A stretch of DNA of 64,000 nucleotides from Lama glama (GCA_028534125.1 CM052818.1:21826001-21890000), one strand, 5' to 3'. Shown: positions 1 through 12,800, numbered from the stretch's first letter. Numbers and translations are program-made. Notes: generated by a model not told the origin, from the letters alone.

Positions 1-379
1 TATACAGCAATTGGAAAAGATCCTTCCCTTTATGCTCCTTTAAATTTTCTAGAGATAAATCATCCTTGCATAATCAGCATAAATTTTTTGTTAAGTCCAG
101 AAATGAAATATGATTAACCAAAAAAAAAAAAAAAAAGGAAACAAAAAAACCTCCACCAAACCAGCTTGAACAACTAAGGCAATTAGCTAGATGTTTAAGA
201 CTAATTATTTCAGTATCTTTCCTTTTTATTTTTTAAAAAAATTTTGACAAAAGCACAGCACTAGTATTCTACAGAATCAGAGCTTTAACAGACAATTATA
301 GGTCAAAGTAGCAGTGGCCCTGCCGTAAGTAAGGATGCCTAAAATTAATGAGAAAATAATTTGATGCTGTTAGTTTGTT

Positions 380-617
380 TTGAGAGCTTGTTTGGAGGTT
401 CTAGCAGGGGAGCGCAGCTACTCGTATACCCTTGACCGAGAACGGTCCTCCTCTATCGGGGATGGCCGTCCTCTTCGACAGAGCGTGCAGCTTCCGGACG
501 GACGCACATTGAGCGGTGAAGGAGGAAGGGGACACCCGCCTAGCTAGACAGATCAGCCGAATCAACTCTGGTGATCAGTGGGGTGACAGATGTCACAGCC
601 AGATTGCCCTCACATCC
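380..617 (-). pseudogene. RN7SK: 7SK snRNA retropseudogene, 3'-truncated (about nt 1-238), tailless
   Basis: Minus strand reads GGATGTGAGGGCAATCTGGCTGTGACATCTGTCACCCC...GGGTATACGAGTAGCTGCGCTCCCCTGCTAGAACCTCCAAACAAGCTCTCAA, roughly 90-95% identical by eye to 7SK. The 3' hairpin and U tail are missing and no PSE/TATA promoter is evident. Confidence 0.96.
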
Positions 618-629
618 AGTTTCAGTTTT

Positions 630-770
630 GGGCGTTTTTTTTTTCTTTACTTTTTTTTGGGTGGGGGCGTCAGTTTATTTGTTTGTTTGTTTTAAATGGA
701 GGTACTGGGGATCAAACCCAGGACCTTGTGCATGCTAAGCTGGCACTCTACCATTGAGTTATACCTTCCC
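630..770 (-). mobile_element. tRNA-derived SINE, Vic-1-like (camelid)
   Basis: Minus strand GGGAAGGTATAACTCAATGGTAGAG...CTTAGCATGCACAAGGTCCTGGGTTTGATCCCCAGTACCTCC followed by an A-rich tail. Confidence 0.88.
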
Positions 771-1139
771 TCAACACTGTTACAAGTTGACTGCCTCATG
801 GATTCAAAGAAGCATCCTGGATTAAGTGTTAACACAGCATATGAAATAGGTTGTGAACAGAATCTCTGTTACCATCAAAAGTTAACTAATGAGTATCTGA
901 TAGGAAACGATCAGTATTCTTCATTTTTTAATCAATTTTTTAAAACCTGGCACTCACTGCAGTTATCTCACTTACATACAGTTCAAAAAACAGCCAAGCA
1001 TAAGGAATAGACCAAATTTTCACCTATCCATGAAAGATGAAGCCTATCATTACTTCCTTTCAAGAATACTCAATTCTACCATAACCTAATAGCCCGAACC
1101 TTTATTTCCTCCATACAAATTTATTTCTGTTTCATAATC

Positions 1140-1340
1140 ATCATCAATAGCAGTAAAACTTATTGACGTCTGTAAACCAGATACTGTTCAGGCACTTGCC
1201 AAAAGCTTTATTTACTCTCAACTCCATGAAGAAGATATTATCATCTCTATTTTATAAGATGAAGAAGCTGAAGCTTTGCCCAAATTCATAGTAAGTGGCA
1301 CAGAATAACTTAAAACAGCTGTATGGTTCCAAAGCCTACA
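1140..1340 (-). mobile_element. MIR SINE (old)
   Basis: Core-like attttataagatgaagaagctgaagc...tttgcccaa...gtaagtggca. Confidence 0.7.
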
Positions 1341-1351
1341 TCCTAGTACTA

Positions 1352-1872
1352 AACCTGGGTTCTAAACAGTGCCAAGGAGCCCCAGAGGGTCATAGAGCAC
1401 TCAGAGTTATTTTAAAAGAGGAGGAAACAGCAGTACTCAACATCTGTAGAAACTAGCCCGCTGTAGTTCACACTTTTAACGTTAGATAGCGCTATATGCC
1501 TCTTGATGACATTCTATCTTTCCAAAGCTGAGGTTTTGGGGATTGCTGAATAAAAAGCAAATCCTCATAAAAGTCAATGTGTTACAGGAAACAAGGGTGG
1601 CAATGCCCAATGACTCCAAGGTTTGAGAAGTTGCGCAGTGTCCAACAAGTGCACACATCTCATTAGTATTTAACTGGAGTCTTTTAAAGAGTGAAATAAA
1701 ACATTTTTTCCATGTATGTGTATTATTCTGTTAAGACAGATCTACTCACTGAGTTTGGATCTAACTACTTAATACTTGTAACTGTCAAACATTAATAGGG
1801 CCAAGCAGCACTGTGAAAAAAAAAATTGAGATACTCAGGCACCATGAACCAAGGAAGTATGGGAATTTCTAT
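1352..1872. mobile_element. hAT-Charlie DNA transposon remnant (Charlie4-like)
   Basis: ccaaggtttgagaagttgcgcagtgtccaacaagtgcacacatctcatt internal motif and caccatgaaccaaggaagtatgggaa end motif. Confidence 0.6.
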
Positions 1873-4800
1873 ACTACATATGATGTTCTTTTACACCCTT
1901 CTCTTCTATACTTCAAAATACCCAACCACACCCCACTCTAATATTATCTACGTCTACTTTTGCATTATTTATGATGATATTTGAAAACTATACGGAAAAA
2001 CTGAGTTTAGAGCTAAACAATTATTGTGGGGGGTATATACAAGTACATTTTTCATGTTTTATCAATAACCTGGACTGATACTGCCTCTGGACATTGTTAT
2101 TAATTTCCCCTCAATTTAATCCAACTATCAGGTATTATCTCACGTTTTAAAATGAACACGCTTCTGACAGGTGGTGTATACAATATAAATTAAGGAAAAT
2201 CAAATTATATTTAAAAAACCAATTTAAAGGAATATTGGTATTTATGATTTAAGAAAAGCAAAGCAGTGGCAAAGTAACATGCATAGTATGAGCCATTTTT
2301 GTAAAAAGCAAAAAACAAAAACAAAAGGAAAGAAAACCTTAGTTTTTAAATACTTTTATACATTTGTGTGAATTAACACAGAAAACTATTTGGAAGGATA
2401 TATAATATGCAAACTCTAAACAGGGTTTACCTAAGGGCGATGAGACTGATGAGGGACATAAAGATTAATAAATACTTCAAACACTGTTGTATTTGTTCAA
2501 AACTTCTAAAATTAATCTTATAATTACTGAAGAAAGAAAAGGAAAATCTTAATGTTTCCTTGGGAAAATTTTTTTATCAAACCCTCTGGGAAATACTGGC
2601 AATATATATACAAAATTTGAGTCAGAAAACTTGGATTCTAGTCTCTGCTTCAACAGTCACCAAATAGCTGACTTAAAGTTTGTTTTTTAAAACAGTCTTT
2701 TAATGACAAACCTCTAATTTCTTACTAGCAAATTAGACATAAAAATTTTTATTTTATTCCCCTCAAAAGTTTCTATGAGGATAAATGAAATGAGTGTGAT
2801 TTCTAAGTTATGAAAGGCAATGGAAATAGGAGTTACATATTCTATGCAACCTGAAATTCATTAGTATAAACACCATGAATACTAGTAGCACTGGCAATAA
2901 AATGGGAAAGCTGCTTTCTTAGGGACCATTCTCCCCTAGTGTTAATTATCTAAATAGGGTGATACCTGACCAGAGTCATCCAATACTTACAGCTTCATGT
3001 TGTTAACAACCCTGAAAGATGATTATCATCAACAATAATAATGCTAACGACCCTTTAAGTTTGTTGTGAAAATTAAACAAGTTAAAATGTGTTAAGTGTT
3101 TAGAATAGTATTTGGCTAATAAAAAGCAGTAATTTATTGATATTACAGTGATTACAATGATCATAATCTCCAAAGATTTCATGAGTTAACGTGTAAAAGT
3201 TCTTGTAAACTATTAGGGCATGACAAGTGTTAGAAAATATTAACACTTAATTTCAATCTATTATCAGGAAAACATCTTTAAAACATTTACTTAAAAATTA
3301 GATATACTTCTCTCTCTCCTCTTCAAGCAGCTAACACCTACCGAACAATTGCCAAGTGCTAATTAAGCACTGGCCTACATGCTTTCCATGGATTTTAAAA
3401 TTTAGATTCAATCTTTCAGATTTAATTCAAAGCAATCATATATTTTAATCATATTGTTTTATAATACTGCTAACCCTTGGTTTTACAATACAAACAACTT
3501 GAATGACAAAATTATGGAGTTAGAAAAAAACAGGAATGGTAAGAGGTTTATTTAGTCCTATAAGCAGCATGCAGTGTTGGTTCAAAAATTAATACATCTG
3601 TTATGTTTCAACACAAAACAGCTAACTCAGGTTCTCAAAACTGATTTCAATTTAAATACCACTTCATTCAAACTATGATGGTCAACCTCATTCAACTACA
3701 TTAAATGAAGAGGTTGGTGTTCCAAACCCTTGTCCCTTTTATCATTTCTCATTTCTGAGATTCTAGGATTCTGCCTAATCTTTTAACACCCTAAACAGAA
3801 ATATTGAACCACCTTAAACTGATAAAAACCTATCAAATGGAGATACGCCACCAGAATCATTTAAAACCCATTCAGAAGGATGGAGTCAAAATTCCTGAAA
3901 ACTAACATCCAAAATTTCAACGTAAGGGGGAGTGCAGTTAATCCCCAATATAAACGTCTTTCTTTACTCCAAATTACAGACTTAACAGATTTCTGGTTAT
4001 TTCCTCAAAACTGCATGTCATTCTGCTATAGAACCACAAAAAATAATTTAGATCAATACATACAGACATAGAGATCTCTCTACTACATATTGTTGAACAA
4101 AAAGGCAGATTGTAGAATAAGTAAAATGATCTCATTTTTATAAAAAAAAACCACATTTTTCTGAAGCAGGGAATACTGGAAAAACATATACCACATTAAT
4201 GAAAATAGCCAACTTAGGTGGGTGGCAAATTTTGAGTGTTTCTTTACATATTCTGTAATATCTAGATTTTTAAAAATATACTCTGTATTATTTGGATTTT
4301 TTTTCCCAATAACAAGAATACACTTCTTTTTCCCCCAAATATTGGGGAAAATGCTGTTTTCACTTCCTAGTTAGGTAAAAAAAAACATGCATGGTTTTGT
4401 CTCAAAAAGCTGCAGGTCAGAATCTCCATTTAGAGTCCAGAGGGGAAGACATTTTTAGAGCCACTTACTATTCGATCACTGACAACCACGAATATTTCTG
4501 TACTTAATTCATCCAGAGAACTGAAAAGGATACAATGTGCTTTCAAAACAAATAAAAAACAGAAGAGCCAGAGGTATGATCATTAAAATCCTTTCAGAAA
4601 AAGGCTGCCACCTGGAAACACCAGCCCTTAAATTTTCTTTTTGAAGTTGTCTCTTCCCATTCTAGAAAAGTAGATGCTCCAGCAAAACCTGGATATTTCC
4701 AGAGATCCTTTGAATAACTTTCTGGCCATGCCTCTATCTTCCACAGCAACTGTCATGGTAAGGAAATAAAATGGCTCTAATCTAGATAAGATAAATAAGT

Positions 4801-5749
4801 CAAATATCATATAACCAAAGGTTAGTTTTGGCTTGGTATCTTTTCAATCAGTCACAGAATACCTGCATATTCTAGGCAATGGCCAGATAACTCAAATTTT
4901 AATTGATGACTATACAGACACTGTCAAAAACCCACTTGAAACTACTGAACATTTTAAAGATATCCAAGGAAATTGCTAATTATCTGTTAAGTCTAGATTC
5001 ACTCCCCCCCATTACTGTTTGAAGTTAAGACTCATAGACTATTACAAACGTAAATTAAAGTGTTCCACAGGAATTTTTCATAGGATTGTATTTTATAATA
5101 GTCTTTTGTTTTTTAATCAGTGATGATTAAAAATATCTATATGGAAAAGAATTTTAATCTCTTCTATAAAAGTAGGATATTCTCTACCATGTCATACATT
5201 ATTTATATAAAGAGTCACATGTAAATTCCTTTTAGATTTTATTGCTAGGAAAAAGCTTTTTTCACTACATAATAAGAAATATACAATTCTTACTTCAGTT
5301 TTTGTCTTAGCTGCTAGCAGGCTCAGAACTAAATTACAGAACTTTGGTCTAGGTTCCTGGTATATCTTTCAATATTTTATGTGGCTCTTGATCATTTGTA
5401 CATCTAGTACAGAATCATACTATATATATGTATATTATCAAACTGCTTCATAATCAGGCATAAGACAACTACTGTCAATGTTGAGAATTATAATGAAAAG
5501 TCACAATTCTGTATGGATGCCACCGCCACAACATGCCATACTTAAATGACAACAAATTTATTAAACTTAATTTTCCAATTAGAAGGTTGAGACAAATAAG
5601 GATGGTGAAGAAAATAATTTTGAAATATATATAGGTCTTCCCTAATGAAAATACTAAAAGTTTTAAAACTTTAAGTTTGCTTAATTTTACTTACCATGCC
5701 TTATCAAAACTAGTAGGGTATATTAATTATAATAAAAAGACTTACATAC

Positions 5750-6595
5750 CTTATGTAAACAAGTGTCCACTACCCAATTGCACACATTTTCCAGGTCATC
5801 AGATACCTCAAGCCTAGATTTAACAAATTCACAGAGCTCCTCATTACTCATAACATCCCAGATCCCATCACAAGCCAAGATGATAAACTCATCCTCTTCT
5901 GCTCTTAAAATTTCATAAACCTCAGGCTCTGGAGAAACAAGTTGTTCTGTTGGACCCTTGCCATCAACACACTTGTAATCATAGTCCCCCAGAGCACGAG
6001 ATACTGCTAACGATCCATTAACACGCTGTATCATTACGCTGCCTCCTGCATTTTGGATTCGCTCCTTCTCCCTTGGGTTGCAAGGTTTGTGATCCTGGGT
6101 AGAAAAGCAGACTTGTCCATTCCTATACAGAACAGCACGTGAATCGCCACAGTTGATAAAGTAGACATGCTTAGGTGAAATCATAACTCCCACGGCAGTT
6201 GAACCGCTCCTGTCCATGCCATTTCTGAGGTCTGAAAAGTTACGCATGTATTCATCGATTTTCAAAAAGCCAGTTCTGATACCATTCTTGACGTTTTCCA
6301 CTGAAGGCTCAAGAGCAGATCCTGATTTTCCAGCTGCCCTAAAGTCTTCGTTATTAGTGATGTGTTCTAATAAATGTGTTGAGCAATAATTTGCTACTCG
6401 GGATCCAGCGTGACCATCATAAACTGCAAAAAATGACCAGTCCTCCAAGCCGTGAGGAATACCTACAACAGCTGTGTGTGCATCTTCCATTTCCACTCTC
6501 CATCCTTGCATGCTGCTCAGGCCATAACGTAAACCATTCCCAGCACCATGAGCATTATGTTTCTCAGTTTTAGGTTTATCCAAAAATGCACCCAT
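5750..6595 (-). CDS. PPM1B: PPM1B (PP2C-beta, Mg2+/Mn2+-dependent Ser/Thr phosphatase) first coding exon, codons 1-282; CDS continues beyond the window
   Basis: [43 protein letters not shown]...DGHAG...NCGDSRA...ACDGIWD...DTCLHK with PPM metal-binding motifs and myristoylation-type Gly2. Phase-0 donor AAG|GTATGT at 5750/5749. The last 8 aa of the ORF-track call (VCKSFYYN) are intronic read-through. Confidence 0.98.
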
Positions 6596-6609
6596 GTTTA
6601 TTAATGAAT
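5750..6609 (-). other. PPM1B: PPM1B exon 2 (860 nt; 14 nt of 5'UTR plus 846 nt CDS)
   Basis: Acceptor ttttttccctttcAG|ATTCATTAATAAACATG (AG at 6611-6610); donor GT at 5749-5748. Confidence 0.95.
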
Positions 6610-6809
6610 CTGAAAGGGAAAAAAATTGTAGGTGTTACATGTTAAAAATTTCTTGTACATGTTTAAATTGGATAGAAAATTTATCTACAATATTCTACCT
6701 ATTTTCTAGTAAATCCTAATCTCAAGTATATTTTTTTCAGTATTATCCAACTTTACTAGAACAGCAAAAAAGAAGCCAAGAAAATATCCCCATACATCCT
6801 TCTTCTAGA

Positions 6810-6925
6810 ACAGTGGTTTTTCAATCCTAGCACATTAGAATCTCTGGGGTTGGGACCTAAATACCAGTAGTTTTTTTAAAAAGCCTCTCTGGTAATTCAT
6901 ATGTGCAGCAAGTTGAAAACCACTG
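6810..6925. mobile_element. MER5A-like hAT MITE
   Basis: TIRs cagtggtttttcaa / ttgaaaaccactg; 8-bp TSD ttctagaa / ttctagga. Confidence 0.85.
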
Positions 6926-7459
6926 TTCTAGGACAAAGGAAAACCAAGAAACAAAACCTGTTTTTTAAAAAAAAAATTCAGTTTATAACTCTAGGGTTCA
7001 GTATATATGAGGGAAAAATCAGAATATTCAGAATGGTGCAACACTTTGATGTAATCAAGTTTTTTTCTGCCAGTGATCCTAAAGACAACTCCAAAATTTA
7101 ATTAAACATAAAAATCTCGGTTCTACAAACATTTGACTTTGCCTAGGTTTCTCTGCATATCAAATTAAAGACTTTACTTGATTGACTGAAACCCATTACT
7201 TGGATTCTCTTAAAAACAAATATAACTTAAATGATGTGCTAAAGAACACACTGCTTAATATTGCCAAGTCTTGCAATCCATAAAGTAGCACTAGGATAGC
7301 TTTTACTCAGTGCCGGCTGACAAAGACTTAAAACCATAGAGAACTGTAAAGTACCACTGTGCACCACCCTCCCTCCCAACTTTACCATTATTTTAGAGTA
7401 AAGCTTTTCCAATTTCAAACGACTTCAGAAAGGAGAATGCCCTGGTATGCTTCCCACAT

Positions 7460-7665
7460 ACAACCCTAGTCCTAACAATTGCTAGTTGTGTGACCTTGAG
7501 TAAATTTCTTAGTCACTCGTACCTCAAATTCCTCATCTGTCAAATGGTAGTAACAACAGTAGTACCTACACTTCACAGGGTTGCAGTGAATAATGAGTTA
7601 ACGCGTAGTGCTTAGAATAGTGCTTGAAACACAGTAAACCTCATAAACCGTTTGCTGTTATTATT
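7460..7665 (+). mobile_element. MIR SINE
   Basis: gctagttgtgtgaccttgagtaaattt...cctcaaattcctcatctgtcaaatgg...gtgcttagaatagtgc. Confidence 0.8.
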
Positions 7666-8849
7666 TGCTCAAAATACAGATTTCATAGCCTCATCCCTGT
7701 AACTAAAGATTTTTTTCCCCAATAGATGTTGGATGAGATCTTCAAAAAAGCATGCTGGCAACTAAAGAATCACATTTTGAGAGACACTTGTCTAGCTCAA
7801 CTGACTTTCGTGTGGATCTACATATCTTTGTAAGATACCTTTTTCAGCTGTGACTGTTATCTAACCTCACAAGAAAACTATATATTCCTATTTGTAAAAA
7901 CTCAATGAACCACCACATACGTATTTATAAATTATAGCAATTTTATAACTTTTATGAGTTATACATAATATTGTACCAAGAAATTATATACAAATACTTA
8001 TAAAAAGGAATTTTGAAAGAATAAGACTTTACACATACATAAAAATTATTTTCATTCAAGTATAATACAAAATTATATTTTGTATTGAGAGCAGTGTAAT
8101 AGAATATGCTTATTTTTAGCACATTGGTTTAATACTTCAAAACAGTGACTTGAAAGCCTAGTTCTAAGTCATTTTAATTTAGATTGTTTTTAATGCCTAT
8201 TTCACCTGAAAAGACACCTTATAAAGATGCCTAAATGCAAATTAAACTGAATTGTTGACTGTATTTATCAACCACTTTTCAATCCTAAGTACCATTTATA
8301 TAAAAAAATACATTTGTTGGCATTGCTGTTTCACATTTCAACAAACAGGTTCAAAACCCACAAGAGCTTCTCATAAGATTTTTAAAAATAGTTTGGAATT
8401 TCTATTTCCAAATTTGGTTTTGATTTAGGAATAAAGAAAGGTTGGAAGGCAGGTGGGGTCTTCAATAGAAAGCTAGAGGGGACTGTAGGAACGATAGGGA
8501 GGGTGGGCGGCCAGCTTGGAAAACCATCAGGAAACAACAGGACCCCTGAGGCTGGGCAGCCGAATACTGTGAAAGCTACACCAAGAGCAGCCTTGCCTGC
8601 TGCTGCTTGCTGATCACTGCAACGCTTTCTCTTTCTGCCTGTTTCCTTTCTGAAAGTCACTTGCTCAAGATTCAAAGTCTGGGAAATTAATATTTATCTG
8701 ACTGAGCTTCAGTCTCCAGCACACCTATTGGTTGTAAACAGGGATTGAATTCTTCTCCAAATTAGTAATCTTTTTTTTAGGCTCCAAATTGATCTCATTT
8801 TAAAGTTGAGGTTGTCCCATTAATGATTTAATTCTTCAAACATCAGGAA

Positions 8850-9310
8850 ATATCATACATATATTTTACATAATGTATACGTACAGCTAAAGAGTAATAA
8901 AACAAATACCCACATACCCACCACACAATTTAAGAAATAGAATATTGTCAAGACCGCTGAAGCCTATTTAATCCTGAAATTTATAATCAGTATCCCTTCT
9001 AGTTTAACCACATTCATGTGGGACTGTTTAGTTTTATATGTCTGACGCCTTACACTGGTGTGAAGTACAGTATGTATTACTCTAGCACTTTTTTCCTGAC
9101 TGAATCAACTGTACTTCCGAGATTCATTCACACTGATGCACAGAGCTGTAGTTCCTTCACTATATGCCACTAAGTATTTGTACCACAAGTTTTATCCATT
9201 CCACTATCAATGAGTATTTCAGTTCTCATTTTTAAAAATTATAAAACATTGCTGTTTTGAAAAATCTTGGTGCACACGTGTTTTCCTAGAACACATACTT
9301 AAATTCCCGT
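8850..9310 (-). mobile_element. Old L1 (L1ME-like) 3' fragment
   Basis: gagattcattcacactgatgca...taccacaagttttatccattccact. Confidence 0.6.
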
Positions 9311-9631
9311 GCTTGAAGTTTACAGTTAATACAGATTTTTCCCCAACAACAAAAAAAATCACAAAACAAACCATTTTCAGACATTTCGCAAATGCTCTTT
9401 TGCTAACACTATTTTCTTTAAAATAATTATTTTCTAAGTAAATTTCATCTTGATGGGAAGATTAAGAGTGTGTATGTATGTGTTTTCTGTTATCCGAAAA
9501 TACCCACGTTGGAATTAGCAATTCCTATTTTAAGTTCTCTAGCTCTTCAAAAGCAAAGAACTCGCTATAAGATAATCATCAAATCTCAATGTGGTAAACT
9601 GTAGCTTCTCAGTCACTTCTCATCTCTTTTA

Positions 9632-9897
9632 CAGCAAATCCTTAGTATCAACTGGTTCCAAATCCTCAGATTCAACCAACCACAAGTTGAAAATACTCAG
9701 GGAAAAACAATTTTCAGAAAGTTCCAAAAAGTAAAACTTGAATTTTCCAGGCAGCAGCAATTTTTACCTAGCATTTATATAGTATCAGGTATTATAAGCA
9801 ATCTAGTGGTGACACAGGGAGGATGTGCGTAGGTTCTATGCAAATACTACGCCATTTCATATAAGGGACTTGCGCATTGGCATATTTTGGTATCACC
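9632..9897 (-). mobile_element. MER2/MER2B (TcMar-Tigger) fragment
   Basis: gattcaaccaaccac...ggaggatgtgcgtaggttctatgcaaatactacgccattt...agggacttg. Confidence 0.8.
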
Positions 9898-12800
9898 GCT
9901 GTAAATATCTCACTGGATTTTAAAGTTAAAGGTCTGATTTTTATAAAATTAACTACACTGATGACACCCAAACAACTCTGAACTCCAGATTCAGTTTCTT
10001 TGCTGCAGTAATTTGCCTACAAATGATGCCGCGAACGATTTTCACCTTAAGTGACTATGATTTTTCTTCCATAAAAGACTGTCTTTGTTAAAGAAGCATT
10101 TACTGTTGAGGATATACATTTGTCTAGCACTTCTTTGCTTTTACTCTTCACTCCCCCAAAATGGATTTTATTACTGAAACAAAACTTAGCAAATACTAAG
10201 GGCAAAGTATGTTACAAACATCTATATTTTAATCAATCAATCTAATTTTTTGATAGGAACCTTTTACAGTCACTTGCTTATTTTTTGAAGACAGTTTAAT
10301 TAAAACTTGATCAAATGGAAATCAGTGTAATCACAGGTCAACTTCAGTGTGACAGAACGATGAGCACAAATGAAGGAGTGAAAATTCTACCCTTCCCGAC
10401 AATCTCTCACCAGCCCATGCGTGGGGAAGTGAGTGCCAATCACTACATTAAATGTAATCTGCCCTTTTCAAGATGAAAGACAATAAATAGAAGTTCTAAT
10501 TTTAAAAAAATTAACACTGACGAATGGTCCTGCATATTCACTTTAGAGACCACCTGGTCTATACAACTCTGTGGGCCTAAGAGTTTTTACAAGGCTGAGG
10601 GTATATGCATAGCATGCATTTTCTCAAGACTGAATAAACAATGTTGTCTACACATCTGTCTTTTTCCATTGCCTTCTTTGACAAAAATACATAGCTGAAC
10701 CCACAGCAGCATAATGTTATTATTTACTTTCTTAATCAGTGGCACACAGTAACTGTACTATCAAGTACGAATCTGAGAAATGATGTTTTAAAAGCAGTTC
10801 TCATACACAAAAGATTGGAGAATATTGGCTTTTTACATTTAAGTAATTTGCTTAAATCACTTTAATCACATTTTAAAAATCACTCAAAAGGTTTCACATG
10901 TGTTTATATATTACATAGCATTAAATTCTGGGTTGATTTAAAAATGTTTCATTTATAGTTTAAGTGCATGAAACACAGCAGTAAATTATACAACTTTTAA
11001 TGTACTGGTCACAGGAATACTTTAACAATAGTTCAACAGTGCAGTCACTCATTCAAGCATTTTCTGAGTGCCTACTACATGCTGGGCACGGCATTAGGTA
11101 CTGGGAATAAGATGCCCCTCCCCTAAAGGAATGTATAAGGCTGGTGGAAGATAAAGACAGTTTGTAAGCTATGAAGGCATACTCTGATACAGGGGTATGA
11201 TGGGATAAGGACAGGTCTGCCAAGAAGAGGGGTCAAAAAAGCCTTAAGTAGTTAAAATTTTCCAAAGAAAGAAGCCTAAGCTGAGACCTAAAAGAAGTAA
11301 GTGGGAGAAGAAATTAGACAACATATACACAGACCAAAAGAAGAGTAAGAGCACAATTAATTTGGTATGATTGCTATGTGTATACACACGAGCATTTCAA
11401 GAAGCAAAGAAGAAGCAATGAAATCCTAAGAATGACATTATTTCCTACTGAGATGTCCACTGTCTACTTACCTTGGAATAATGATTTGGGAACTCAAAGA
11501 TGTGTCATCCCCCTCCTGTCTAAGCAAGCAGCAAACCCAAGTGAGAATAATTGCTTTTTACTGAGAAGAACAAGTCTGGGAAGAAGTTCTAGAGGTTCTA
11601 AAATTTAGACAGGGAGATACCTGTATATAGCTAACATTCTTTTCTAGAGTAAATGTCCACATAAAAAAACTCTGATACCTTTGAATTTGCTTACAAGCCA
11701 ACTCTGAAAGGGGGTGAGGGTAGAGGATGGATAATCTTTACATATAACAAGCCAAAATTCAGTTAAAAGAAACTTTAAGGGCCGTTTAAAAACTCAAAAT
11801 TGAAATATTACTTCAGTGTTCAAAATAAGGTCAAATACTTCCAAATGTACATATTAAAAAGATACTAACATTACTCATCACCAGATACAACAGTTTCAAA
11901 ACTGAGTATTAGGTTCCCATTCTCTAACGCCCCCACCTTTAGCTCACTCAAAATCATCTCTACTCTTTAATCCAGATGCCAAAGGCTTCTTTCTTCCTTT
12001 CCCCCTAAACATATCTAGGGAATAGAACTTCATCGAAAGAACTGGATTCATAGTTGCTAAAGATGTGAAAAGGCTAATCTCCAGTCACAAAATACCCAAG
12101 AATCAATGGATAAAATTCCCTACTATTTTTAAAAACATTAAATATAGTGAGTGCACTTGGTTGTTAATCTATTTTGATGATAAACTCCGACAAAAAACAA
12201 GAAAAATTATCTGAAGCATAGTCTTTAAAAATCCTTTGAATTCAAAATTCTACAATCAAGCCCAACTATATTTCACATTTATAAACAAAATTGATAGCAC
12301 AACAGGAAACAATAATAGGTCATCAAATAATATAGCTTCATTTTTTTAAATAACAAGTAACTTAGAAAAGCAAAGGAAAAATCCCTCACTCTACTGAACA
12401 TTTGTAGTAACTGATTCTAATATAGCCTAAAAATCAAAGTAGGACATAATTTAAACATTTTAAAAATCATGCCCTCTCTTCTTAACTATCCTCCATCTTT
12501 GCAAAGTCAGATTTGGGTCATATCTTTTCAGGAAATCCTTTCCCCATGGTGCTCTATTAAACTTCATTAATGCTCACTTCTTTACCATCCACTTAGCACT
12601 AGAGTATGCTACTTTGTATAATTAATGACCCTTCTGTGTACACCTAGTTCCCAAAACAGTAATTCATATTTCTTTATTTTCCTGCCAAAAAAGTACTAAA
12701 TATATGTTAGGAAGGTATTTTTTTAAACTAGCTTGAGAGAAGTTGTTTGACAAAGCAACATTTCCATCCTTAGTAAATGCGGTAACTTTGTTATGTGGCC

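Noticed and set aside
696..1010. 104-aa ORF MEVLGIKPRTLCMLS
   Set aside because: Begins in the antisense of a SINE; no recognisable protein.
8382..8675. 97-aa ORF in a locally GC-richer patch, possible processed pseudogene
   Set aside because: Non-AUG start and no recognisable homology; more likely a decayed LTR (MLT1-like), which I could not confirm.
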